DNA from: an uncultured Nitrososphaeraceae archaeon
GTDB lineage: Archaea; Thermoproteota; Nitrososphaeria; Nitrososphaerales; Nitrososphaeraceae
Direction: 5' to 3'
Assembly: GCA_963825865.1 (NCBI GenBank)
Contig: CAWGVG010000027.1
Coordinates: 32,001-96,000 of the forward strand
Length of the DNA: 64,000 nt
Shown: positions 34,330 through 44,862 of the stretch, in pieces
Position numbering within the stretch: the first letter of the stretch is position 1
Layout: each line of letters starts with the position of its first letter
The notes under the pieces: generated by a model
Seen by the model: the letters and a program-made list of their open reading frames with translations, nothing else
What the model was told of the DNA's origin: nothing
Database searches by the model: none
Program-made: the position numbers and the translations under genes

Positions 34330-35057
34330 TCAAGTGCAATTCACGTTACCTGTGAAAGTTGCATGTTCTCCGTCAGCAGTTCTAAATTGTATTGTTACAC
34401 CTGTTCCACATTGTCCTGTGATGGTTGCAGTTGGAGGAACTACTATATCTTCACAGCGTGCTGGAAAAGAACCTGCTGAAAGTTCTTTTCCCGTAATGGT
34501 AAATGAGTTTCCAGTTATTTGTACACTCATCCAAGGTACCTGTTTTGGTAAATGGAAACTCATGAGTTAAGTGAACGTCCACATTGAACTGTCCTTGTAC
34601 TGCGGCACTTGCATTTTGCTGAACAGAAAATGTTATAGATGCGGGTTCAGATACTGTCGCTCTTGGACAAGTGTTTTTCCGTCTCCTTGTCCACTGACCT
34701 GTATTGTTGTCGGTGTTGGAGTTGGAGCAGATGTAACTCCCTCTTCAGTACAAGTTGCGTTTTCGCCTGGGTGTGTGCATATCAGATTTTCACATTCCTG
34801 GTTTGTTGCAGTATCAAACCCACTTGCAGAACCCCTATTCTTGCATTCCTCTATGGTAACTGTGTTGCCATTACCGTTACCACTTCCATTATCTCTTGTC
34901 TTTTTATTATTATCAGCGTGTCCTGGTTTCTTCTGGGGAGCGAGCAAATGCTGTCTGCGTTGTTATTGCAGTTGCTGCAAATTGTTCCTACTACTAATGT
35001 TGCTGCCATGAAGACAGCAACTATTGTTGCATTTCTCTTTGTAGTTGAGTTGTTCAT
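34330..35057 (-). CDS. secreted paralogue A: shared N-terminal Cys domain + beta-rich C-terminal domain (frameshifted)
   Basis: MNN...FMAATLVVGT signal, ECENLICTHPGENATC, PT linker, ends TITGQCGTGVTIQFRTADGEHATFTGNVNCT. Confidence 0.75.
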
Positions 35058-35079
35058 AATATTTTATCAATAGAAAGTT

Positions 35080-35315
35080 ATCTGTATATTTGAAGTGAGT
35101 AAGTTAATGCTGATTTATCTAATATGATTTAGTGCTGACTTGTTTCGTATAACAATTGAGTATATCAAATGAAGGATACTTTCTAATTTAGCAATTCATA
35201 GTATCATTAGTTATAATGATTCTTCACCAATTGGGCACGAAGTCCAATTACTTCATTATAGTGTGCTAGGTTTTTGGTGGTTTGCATTGGCCAATTTGGC
35301 CAATTTGGCCAATTT
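35080..35315 (-). promoter_or_regulatory. conserved upstream region of paralogue A (copy 1), ending in (TTGGCCAAT)3
   Basis: Near-identical to 38291-38560 and partly similar to 37001-37145. Confidence 0.8.
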
Positions 35316-35647
35316 AGTAGTTTTTGGTTTAAAAAATAACTTTACCAAAATTAGGAACATTATGTGGGAAACATAAAAACAAATAAAGTTTTACTTTTAA
35401 AAACAGAAAGGCCGCTCGTGATGTCATAGCGGCCAAATCTAAAATGTAGAAAGTATCTAGATTAGCCCAGATTGACCGAGCCAAACTAGAGAAAGAATCC
35501 ACTAACTACTATACATATATACAGCAACGACGTTAATTCGGGGGTAGTTCACGCAAAGGTCGATTAGTTGTTGACTTTCCTATAGAATACAAAAAGATAA
35601 AACAGATTGTAAAAGAAAGAAGTTACATAAACTCAGAGTTTAGGTAA

Positions 35648-36200
35648 CTAACCACTCCTAAGCGATTCAAATACATGATCTCCTGGCTTGGAGTTTAGAA
35701 ATCTGTCTATGTCCTGCTCATTAGTATAATCTAATCCAATACTAATCATCACATTAGCCGTTAAACCAACAGCATCCAAACGCTTTTTCCTATCTAAAAA
35801 CAATTCAACAGGTCTGCCATTAGCTCTATCATGAGCATCCATTCTTTCTGCTATCTTTTGTAATCTGTCATCTTATGTCTAATCCTTCTATAAGCCCAAT
35901 CGACACTTACCTTTTTGTTGTCAAGTTTCTCGAAATAGTCTTTTGCGAGTTGATTTCCATTGCTTGCTTGGTTTGTTATGAATTCAGACTTTTTATATTC
36001 ACTATATGGTATACCATATACTCTAGCCTTAGTTCTAAGGATGCAGTCCTCCCAACTTTTGCCAACGTATTTTTTTCTTAATCGGTTGTTGTTATTATTA
36101 TCTTTCCAGTAAGCATAAAGATATGGACCATGCTTCTCCTCGATACAATCAGGTTTACCGCATTTAATAAATTCCCGATAATGGAATAAAATCTACCTTT
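35648..36200 (-). CDS. DUF6788-like Zn-binding protein, frameshifted
   Basis: Manual translation gives IKCGKPDCIEEKHGPYLYAYWKD...KKYVGK, continuing into ORF 35648-35842; start uncertain. Confidence 0.6.
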
Positions 36201-36430
36201 CTTTATCCTTGCTTGACGATAAACAACCAATTAGACGTTTGTTATTACTTAACAGCATTGTAAATGCTATGATTGCCTAATTCTGTAAACTAATGCTTAT
36301 CGCTTTGGATACCTCCTTATTTAAAATCCAATACAGCCTTTGACAAATCATTCCAAAATAATTCTGGATTTAATTCAGAAAGGTAACAAGTCGTTTACAG
36401 ATAGAGGCAATTAGATCATTTACATAACTC

Positions 36431-36980
36431 TTAACCACCACCCCCTATGAACACTATTCCAGCATTTTTCAGACACTGAATTAGCCCAGCCTGATCGATT
36501 GGTTGTCCTGTTCTTTCTGCAACATCTGTTAAAATTTGCTGAAGTTCCGACTCTCCACGCGGAGATGTAGCACAGAATTGCTCCAAATTCCCTTGTGTTA
36601 CTAGAAATATTTGTTCGGCGTTAAGGAATTTTGTCAAACATTCTTGGCAAGTTAGTTTTGTGGGTGGTGTTGTTGTTGTTGTTCCAACCCCCTCTTGTAC
36701 ACAGGTTGCATTTTCACCTGGGTGAGTACATATCACGTTTTCACATTCTTGCCCTTGGTTGTTATCAAATCCGCTTTGTGATGCTACTTGTTTGCATTTC
36801 TGAATGGTAATTGTATTGCCATTGCCATTGCCATTACCATTACCTTTGTCTCCTTTCTTCGTCTGCGGATAAGCAAATGCTGTTGTTTGTCCTGTTGTTG
36901 TTGCAAATGTCCCTACTACTAGTGTTGCTGCCATAAAGACAGACTACTAACGCTAGAGTTCTCGTTGTTGTGTTGTTCAT
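36431..36980 (-). CDS. secreted paralogue B: shared N-terminal Cys domain + helical Cys-containing C-terminal domain
   Basis: ATG 36980 (1-nt indel in signal region), ECENVICTHPGENATC, TTTTPP linker, TCQECL...LEQFCA...LIQCLKNAG. Confidence 0.8.
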
Positions 36981-37000
36981 ATATATTACAACTTACAATA

Positions 37001-37145
37001 TTATCTGTATATTTGACTTGGCGAAGTTAATGCTGATTTATATGATATAATTTACTACCAATTTATTCCATATAACTATCAAACATATCAAATGGACTAT
37101 TCTTACTTATTTACCTATTATTGGTAGCATTCAATTATAACTAGA
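37001..37145 (-). promoter_or_regulatory. diverged copy 2 of the conserved upstream region
   Basis: ttatctgtatatttgactt...aagttaatgctgattta...catatcaaatg shared with copies 1 and 3. Confidence 0.7.
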
Positions 37146-37288
37146 TTCTACTATTGCTAGTCTATAGCTTAGGAAAGTATACCATACCATATTGCATTGC
37201 CAATCAGAATCGCAACAGAATGAAATAGCTGTAATATAAAAAATAGGGAAGGTTGTTGTTGTTGTTTTTTGTTCTGTTCTGTTCTGTA

Positions 37289-37486
37289 TCAAGTAGTAGT
37301 GCATTCCACATTACCTGTGAAAGTTGCATGTTCTCCGTCAGCAGTTGCATATTGTATTGTTACACCTGTTCCACATTGTCCTGTGATGGTAGCACTTACT
37401 GGGGAAACTCCTAGTAATGTTAAAAGCCTTTCAAACCCAGCTAATCCCACGCCCCCTCCAGATAATAGTGCACATGTTTGCTCCAA
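37289..37486 (-). pseudogene. orphan chimeric C-terminal cassette
   Basis: About 90 nt nearly identical to 34340-34430 (TITGQCGTGVTIQ...GEHATFTGNV), preceded by LEQTCALLSGG... resembling the B-type domain; no signal peptide or shared leader. Confidence 0.7.
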
Positions 37487-37628
37487 AGCAAACCTTCCCC
37501 GAAAGATGGTTATAAGTTATCAAAATTATCTGAGTGAGGATAACTTGTTGAAACTCATAATAATAAATAAATGGCGTTCTGAAGGAATAATGAGATGAAG
37601 TTTAAAAAATAAGAGTGGGGTCGCTAGG

Positions 37629-38267
37629 CTATCCTGGTATCTCTGTGTTTATAATAGTACAGGTTATGTGTTGGCCTGCAGCTATAGTACTAGGACCACA
37701 ATCACCACTGGTGGAAACAGCAAAATGTTGGGTGGAATGGCCTCAAGTACATTGAAGGAATCCCCTGGCTGCAGTGTAAAAACGACACCATTTCCAATAG
37801 CAGACGTACATGCGAAAGATTGTTGGGGATGGCCAACAGTAAATAAACTTATTGTACAGTCGCTTGGGAGAGAGCAATTGGATCGCAGGCTGACAAACGA
37901 CTTGTTTTACAATTCTTAAGGTTGTTGTGATTGGTTCGGGTGTTGGTGTTGGTGTTGGTGTTGGTGTTGATGTTGGAGTAGATCTAACTCCTTCTTGTGT
38001 ACAAGTTGCATTTTCACCTGGGTGAGTGCATATCACGTTTTGACATTCTTGTTCTGCTGTGTTATCAAATCCACTTACTGTCCCGTCTTGTTTGCATTTC
38101 TGGATGGTAACCGTGTTTCCATCTCTACTATTTTCTTGTGATCCTCCTCTATTCTTCTTTTGATAAGCAAGTGCCGTTTGTGTTGTTGCTGTTGATGCTA
38201 ATGTTCCTACTACTAATGTTGCTGCCATAAAGATAGCAACTATAGCTAAAGTTTTTGTGTTGTTCAT
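37629..38267 (-). CDS. secreted paralogue C: shared N-terminal Cys domain + prealbumin/SpaA-like Ig C-terminal domain (frameshifted)
   Basis: MNNTKTLAIVAIFMAATLVVGT, ECQNVICTHPGENATC, (TP)n linker, TLRIVKQVVC...GDCG...AGQHITCTIINT. Confidence 0.78.
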
Positions 38268-38290
38268 ACGTTACCAAGCAATATGATTTC

Positions 38291-38560
38291 ATCTATATAT
38301 TTGACTTGAGTAAGTTAATGCTGATTTATCTAATATGGTTTAGTGCTGACTTGTTTCGTATAACAATTGAGTATATCAAATGAAGGATACTTTCTAATTT
38401 AGCAATTGACAGTAACCTTTGTTATAATGATTCTTTACCATTTGGACATGATGTCCAATTACATACATACTTTATAATCCACGTTTATCTCTGCATTATA
38501 GTGTGTGCTAGGGTTTTGTGGTTTTTGATTTGGCCAAATTGGCCAAAATGGCCAATATTA
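38291..38560 (-). promoter_or_regulatory. conserved upstream region of paralogue C (copy 3), ending in three TGGCCAA units
   Basis: Near-identical to 35080-35315 apart from an insertion of about 30 bp. Confidence 0.8.
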
Positions 38561-38603
38561 GTTATTGGTGTATCTATGGTTGACTATTCAATCAATCAAT
38601 CAA

Positions 38604-39047
38604 TCAATCGATTAAAGGATCAATATCGTACTTGGTCTTCAAGTCCGAACCTTTTCTAGTTATGTGCATTGCACAGTAACCTTTCTCTATCCACTTTAGA
38701 ATATCTGGTCCTACTGTTTCAGATGCGGTCAACTCAAGTATTTCTCCAGCAGAATCCGAACCTAAATCATGCACATAGAATTTATATCTGTTAACTGGCT
38801 TGTCTGGTTGGCTTTCATATGTAATTCAGCTCTTCTCTCGTTTTGTCTGGAATAATTTGTAGTAGCCTATGATCGCCATCCTTGAACTTGATAAATCTGT
38901 TCGTATTCCTTGAAGATGCTTTCTGGTCCAGTCGTGATCTCATCTCAGATATCTTGCGTTTTGTTTCTTCGCTTAAAACTTGCTTACCACCTGTTATTGT
39001 TGACTTGTTGTATTTGTATTTACACTTGCACTTGTATTTGTTGACAT
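38604..39047 (-). CDS. putative phage-type single-stranded DNA-binding protein (frameshifted, missed by the ORF track)
   Basis: Manual translation gives RFIKFKDGDHRLLQIIP...YKFYVHDL...MHITRKGSDLKTKYDI, a pattern seen in viral OB-fold SSBs. Confidence 0.5.
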
Positions 39048-39268
39048 TTAACTCTCAAGCAAGCATGCAAAGTTTACTAATATAGCTTTATCGACTCTTT
39101 ATCATATGCCACAGGATTGGAAGAATCCGAATGGTGTTAGTGGTGGTAAAGCAGCTCGCACAAGCTGAAAAAGCCTCTGATAGGCAAAAAGGGCTAGAAT
39201 CTTTGATATCGTCATATTCAAGCGCAAAGATCTAAGACCAAATAAAGATCGCTTTAAGACAGAATATA

Positions 39269-39625
39269 TTATGTGTGCAGTTTAGTCACGAGATCCTGAA
39301 CTATCTCCTTTTCGATCTGTGTAAGCAAATCTAAATCTGGTCCTATTATTGCCATGGCGGTCATGTTATACAATGAGAACTTGTACCTTTCATCAACTAC
39401 ATCCTCAGTGAGGATGTCTGCATATGAAATAGGTGCATCGTCAAATTTGTTTTTTATATTAGATTTTAATACATAAATGTTAAATCTAACGAATAGACCG
39501 TACGCTTTGGTCTTTTCTAACAGACTGGCTTCTTTTGGAATAATCCAACTGGGTTTATAATCATTGCATTGAACAATAGGAGTATGCCATATAGGTGCAA
39601 AAGATACTTTTGGTTTCTCGTTCAA
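39269..39625 (-). CDS. hypothetical protein (element cargo, possibly a fragment)
   Basis: 118 aa ORF. Confidence 0.45.
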   Translation of the reverse strand: MNEKPKVSFAPIWHTPIVQCNDYKPSWIIPKEASLLEKTKAYGLFVRFNIYVLKSNIKNKFDDAPISYADILTEDVVDERYKFSLYNMTAMAIIGPDLDLLTQIEKEIVQDLVTKLHT

Positions 39626-39811
39626 AAGTCACTAATCTTGTCCATAAAGTAAGAAGGCTCCAATGATATCTCGATAACACTGTGTAGCAATGTTGCTTTT
39701 CTCTTATAATTATGGGTTCAAAGTCGTGTTCATTCAATCCATCTCTTGTAAAGTAAAAATAGTGAATTTCGTTATTGATATGAACCCTTTTTGGGATAAC
39801 ACCAAAGATAT

Positions 39812-40045
39812 TTAATCTCTCTTTGTTTTGAATATTCTCATATCACCTAGTTTCTGTCCTGTGTCTTCTACAATCAAAACGTTGGCTGAGGTAGCATATA
39901 TCATCTTCTGAGTATTTATCAACACCTTAAGAACTTCCATAAGTTCGTTCGAGATATTATTTGCTTCTTCAAAATTGCTTTCTTTTAGTTTATTTATTAA
40001 CTTATACAATTGGCTTTCAATTTCCTGATATATTTCATAATTCAA
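39812..40045 (-). CDS. hypothetical protein
   Basis: 77 aa ORF. Confidence 0.4.
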   Translation of the reverse strand: MNYEIYQEIESQLYKLINKLKESNFEEANNISNELMEVLKVLINTQKMIYATSANVLIVEDTGQKLGDMRIFKTKRD

Positions 40046-40088
40046 AGTTTTTTTATCGTATGCTCGTTTAGCAAGTTCAAATAGTAAT

Positions 40089-40928
40089 TTAATATCTTCT
40101 TAACCCTTTTATCATCACTTCTGATTTCTCGTGTTTTTCTTTTAGATCTCGATGTATGTCTGAAAACAACGAAATAATTGATTCACCTGTACCATTAACT
40201 AGATCTTTGTATAATAATGCTAAATCATTCGGTACTGGAAAATTATAGTAGATGTCATTATAGGTATTAGCTTCTTGCGAATCTCTTGGCTGCCATGTTT
40301 CGTATGTAGATAAATACGCAATTGTTTGGTCATAAGCTTTAAGTGATTCTTCGTATAGTTGCTTGGTTTGATAGTCTAGATATCCATGAACGATATAGTT
40401 ACGTATATCATATTTATCTAAAACTCTCATTACATCATCTAAATATCTAAGTGATTCTTCAGATTGTGATAGATGTTTATATGTATACGGACTTGGGATC
40501 TTTTACATCAGAGAATGTATTCAATAATATATGTTTTTTAAACCTTATTCTTGAACGTTTTTTCTTTGATTTTTGTTCTGGTGATATCTGCATTGACATG
40601 ATTATTCACTCGGAGTGCGGAATTTTGATAATATTAATTCATTATCCTTTTGCATACTCATTTTAAATTTTACAAGGTCTTCGATTACCTTATCCAAGTC
40701 ATTTGGAGTTAACTGGCATTCAACATCATCTATTTCACTTGTTCCTGGATATCTGATTCCAAAAACACATTGAATAACAGGAATTAATCTTTTCTGATCT
40801 TTTGGAGTTGTCAATACTCTGTAATTATTGGTCAAATTAATATAAGTTAAGCGTGGCAATATGGCATTCTCTAATCGGGTTCTTTGATGATAAATGTAGA
40901 ATTCTTCAATTAAATTACGACTTTCCAT
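40089..40928 (-). CDS. hypothetical protein(s), probably one frameshifted gene
   Basis: Co-oriented ORFs 40602-40928 and 40089-40430. Confidence 0.4.
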
Positions 40929-41296
40929 TATACTAGCTATATTCTCAATTTTTCTAATGTTAGCATCATCGAAACCGTGTGCTGCTTTAAGTCATTCTTG
41001 AAAAGAGTTGCGCTAGATGATGTTGAAAATATGCTTGCCAATTTGTAAAGTGCCATGAAAATGTCTTTACTTAAATTTGAACTCTCTCCGAATATTTTCT
41101 GTACTACTCAGGTTGTGAAAATGAACCATAATATTCGCCTTGTTTGAATTTTTGAAAGATAAAAGACATTACCTTATCTAGAATATCATCAGAAAGCGTT
41201 AAAAGCGAAGTCACCTGTCTCGATAAATCATCGAATGACGACATTTTTGACTATTACTCCAGCCTGACTAATCAATATTACCGATTACGGATACCT

Positions 41297-41482
41297 TTAT
41301 CTATGATCCTTTTGGATATGTCTTGAATTGTTTTGGCAAGCGATTCTGTATTGCCCAAGTCTTTTTCTAAAACGTGGACCTACCTTGATATCTGATATTG
41401 GTAGCATTATTATTTTATTTATTAGATCTCCCAACTCTTTTCCTGTGTCTTTATTCCATGTCTTTCCAGATCTATCTTGCAA
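41297..41482 (-). pseudogene. ParB N-terminal-like remnant
   Basis: LPISDIKVGPRFRK-LG resembles the start of ParB/Srx domains; truncated. Confidence 0.5.
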
Positions 41483-41625
41483 GGATATGCTGGTTTACCT
41501 TGATGACGTAGTACAACATGCTTTTCATAATCTGCTTCGTCATTAGTTTGAAAATCATTACAATAATAACATGAAAATAAGAAATTATTCGTTATTTGGT
41601 CTGACGAATAATTTATTTTATTTTC

Positions 41626-43771
41626 TCAATTGTTTATTGTAACTTCTATACTGTTAGTATGTTTTTCTTCTGATTCGATAGTTATTTCGTCATTTTGAAG
41701 ATAGTCGTTGGAGACACCATTTTTTTCATCAAAATCGTTTTTTGTTTCTGGCTCTTGCTGTTTTTGTGTAATTTTTCCAATATCAACAATTTCTATTGAA
41801 TCTTCACTAGCGATATTGTTACTATGCTGGAAGTAATCTTCGGGATTATTGTAATAAGCATCTACCAATTCGTCTACCGTAACCTCTTGCTCTTTATGAT
41901 TTTTTATTTGCGAAAAAATTGCATGTCTGTCTGAATATCTTAAAAGTGCCTGAATTTCAGAGGTTACATATTGTTTATCAGGATATAATGCAATATTTTC
42001 AACATTTATCCTTGATTGTTTAAATAAGTATTCGTTATTTTTTAGAACGAATAAATCCTTATTTTTCGAACTATCTTCTACTGCTGTTGTCGCTGGTACA
42101 ATAGCAAGAGGATAGAATATTTGTGTTCTTTTGTCTAATTCACTATCAATGCTATCGATATAGCCTTGGTTGACAAGATGATATACGTAGATATCGAGAA
42201 TCTGCTTCTTTGTATAGGATTTTCCGTATATTTCTAACGTCTTTTCGACGAGCTGCTGTGTAGTTAACGCTATTCTCTTTTCGCAAGTAGTGATTTCGTA
42301 CTCGTTTTGGCCTGTACCTTTTGATAGTGATTTTGGAATCTGGGCAATCCTTTTCTTGATATGCTTTTAGAAATACATCGTAGTACCATTCCAGAATATA
42401 TGGCCTTACGCCATTGGCATATTCCATCAGAAATATTGATTCACGTAAATCTTCAAACAATGCAAATAGGATTGTTTGTGGCACAGGATTGCCTTCGTTT
42501 CTAACTACAATCATAGGCCGTCTATCAATATTTATCAACGGAAGCAATGTCAAGAATGCACCAAACCTGTTGGCAGTTATCATATCAAATGCCTTCTCCT
42601 TTGAAAGTAATGGTTTTATCGATTCTCTAAATGGAACAAATACGCTATTCTTGCCAGGTTGTATTCTATCACAGACATAAAGCATTCTCTTCTTTATATC
42701 CTGAATAATTTCTCTAACCTTCTGTTTATCCTGGTCATTCACAATCTTTTCCTGATATGCAAAGTCAGGTAATCCAAACTTGTCAACTGTCAAGATCTAC
42801 AGCATCTACATATTTCTCCACTTTCATCTTTGGGTTTGTAATAATGAACCTTCTCTGGATTTCAGGCCATCTTTGGTAGCGACTGTAGTCTATAGCTTGA
42901 GCAAATATTACAGCAGGCCAGCCTCTTAGAACGTTGGTTTTAGTTTTGATGCCACTATGTTGGGAAGTATCAACGAATTCGTATTCAACCTCATACTTAT
43001 CATGAGATAGCAAAGGCATCAGAGCGTTGAATAACTCTGGCCTTGGAGTATCCAAAAATACCAAAATCTTATGTGATAAATCGATGAGTTTCTTGGCATC
43101 TTTCAATAAATCTTTCTTTTGTTTGGCTAGACTTTTAATTGATCTGGTTGCGACGAGCTTGTTTGAAGCTCTTGTCTATTAGTCTTGTTGCTTAATTTCG
43201 TCTCTTTATCTTCTATCTCTGAATCAATCTCTTCTAATCTGTTATTATAGATTCGTATTCACCTGATTTAGTATTCTTGACTACTAGTCCACCTTGCCTA
43301 TGGAATAACGCTTTATCAGTCATGCCAGCCAAAAACATTACATCCTGTTTAGGAAAATTATCTCCTACCTTGTGAATGACATAACTTTTGCCTTCTCCAG
43401 AAGGTGAGTTGATCGCCAGATTGATAGGATTATTAGTATAGGCACTTAGCATGGTATAACACAGTTGTTTTACCAGCCTGTCTTCTTGCCTTGCCTCCTT
43501 TAGGATTGTGTCAAAACAAAATTGTATGGATTAGGATTATTAATTTCATTTTTGATTTCGTCGTCGTCAAACTCACGGTTCATTTTCGACAGAACTCCTC
43601 ATCGTCGTCCATTTGCAATCGGAGTTTGAAAGATTTGTAAACGTTTGAATTTGCAAAATCTAATAACGCCTGGAGTCGGTCCGTGAATTCGACCTCCTGG
43701 ATTATTTTTTGAATCGACAGATCTTCAGATAAGTTTTTAATTTCCTTAGAATAGTTATCCATTAGAAACAC
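41626..43771 (-). CDS. P-loop NTPase replication protein (primase-associated/MCM-like helicase of integrated elements), multiple frameshifts
   Basis: Pieces with AINSPSGEGKS (Walker A), AGMTDKALFH, ILVFLD, LMPLLSHD, PEIQRRF (arginine finger). Confidence 0.7.
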
Positions 43772-44024
43772 TGTGATTCCTTTGTCAATTGCATCTGGCT
43801 CTGGTTTCTTGGTGTGACTGCGCTTGTGTCTTGGGTTGGAATGGGGTTTGGCTTAGCTCACTTCTCCTTCTCACCCTTCTTCTGCTGTTCTTGATTACCA
43901 TGACTTGGATCTTTGCATTGTATGGAGACAGATTCCGTTAGGACATCCGTATAAAAACCTGGACATGGATCGCATAGGCATCTCGTAACTATGATGGTAG
44001 GAGGCTTCTGTTGGATGCTCAATA

Positions 44025-44213
44025 TTACTTAGCAGCCTCCTTTTTTTTAAAAATAGTTACAGTTGTTCTGCAGTGGGCACATGTCGCTATGTATGGATTG
44101 CTTCCAGCATAGTTCCAGGTCCATCCACACCTACGGCATGTTATTCGGCGAGCCTCTTTCTGAGGAATTATAACTACAACGTCTTGATCGTTTTCTGGAT
44201 GAAGTTTACACAT
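44025..44213 (-). CDS. small Zn-finger protein typical of archaeal viruses/plasmids
   Basis: CRRCGWTWNY...TCAHCRTTV. Confidence 0.7.
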   Translation of the reverse strand: MCKLHPENDQDVVVIIPQKEARRITCRRCGWTWNYAGSNPYIATCAHCRTTVTIFKKKEAAK

Positions 44214-44255
44214 TAACAGTAGTTAAGAGATATATGAAAGAAAACAACTATTGTT

Positions 44256-44862
44256 TTGTCCCCTAAATTGCTGTTACGGTTAAGGAACAAAGAGAAAAAT
44301 CTTGGCTTTCCATGTCCTAGATGTGGTAGGGATTTTGGAAGACTAAAGATAATGAAAGAAAAGAGAAAAGGTAGAGCCAAATTAGATCGAATGCAATTAC
44401 CCACTAAAAAACTGGTTGTTGAATATGATGACAGAGGTAATCGTATACGAAGAGTCAGTGGATATTCAAAGAAATATTCATCCCTACAAACACATAAGCG
44501 TCCTTTCTCATTTCGCCAATTTTTGGCACAAAGGGCATGATATATTTCCTGCTAATCCACCTATAAATCCACCACGACGATCGCCAGTATCAGATAACGA
44601 TAGATCTCCTGCAGAAAAAAAACTGATAGAGTCAATGGATCAAAACGTTAAGGCTGTTTCTCTTATAGTCAAGATGTTGCCTGCAATAGCGGAAAAGTAT
44701 CCTTGGGTCAATATACTTGCTGAAGAATGCATACCTCACGTCAACTTCATGACAGACTACTGGCAATCTGCGGTTGATAACAGGTATAGCAGAAGTATGG
44801 TAGAGTGGTATCATATAGCAAAATACGCAGAAGAAAAGAGTGTAATTGGTTCAATATACTAG
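44256..44862 (+). CDS. divergent Zn-ribbon protein, frameshifted and probably 3'-truncated
   Basis: CPRCG in 44256-44540, continuing in 44416-44862; ends at the junction with the integrase. Confidence 0.5.

Noticed and set aside
34330-37486. Diversity-generating retroelement TR/VR pair (34340-34430 vs 37300-37395)
   Set aside because: No reverse transcriptase in the window, and the differences are not confined to adenines.
15678-38560. CRISPR array among the repeated sequences
   Set aside because: No regularly spaced short repeats with unique spacers and no cas genes.
38589-38609. (CAAT)5 microsatellite
   Set aside because: Short simple repeat at a gene end with no evidence of function.
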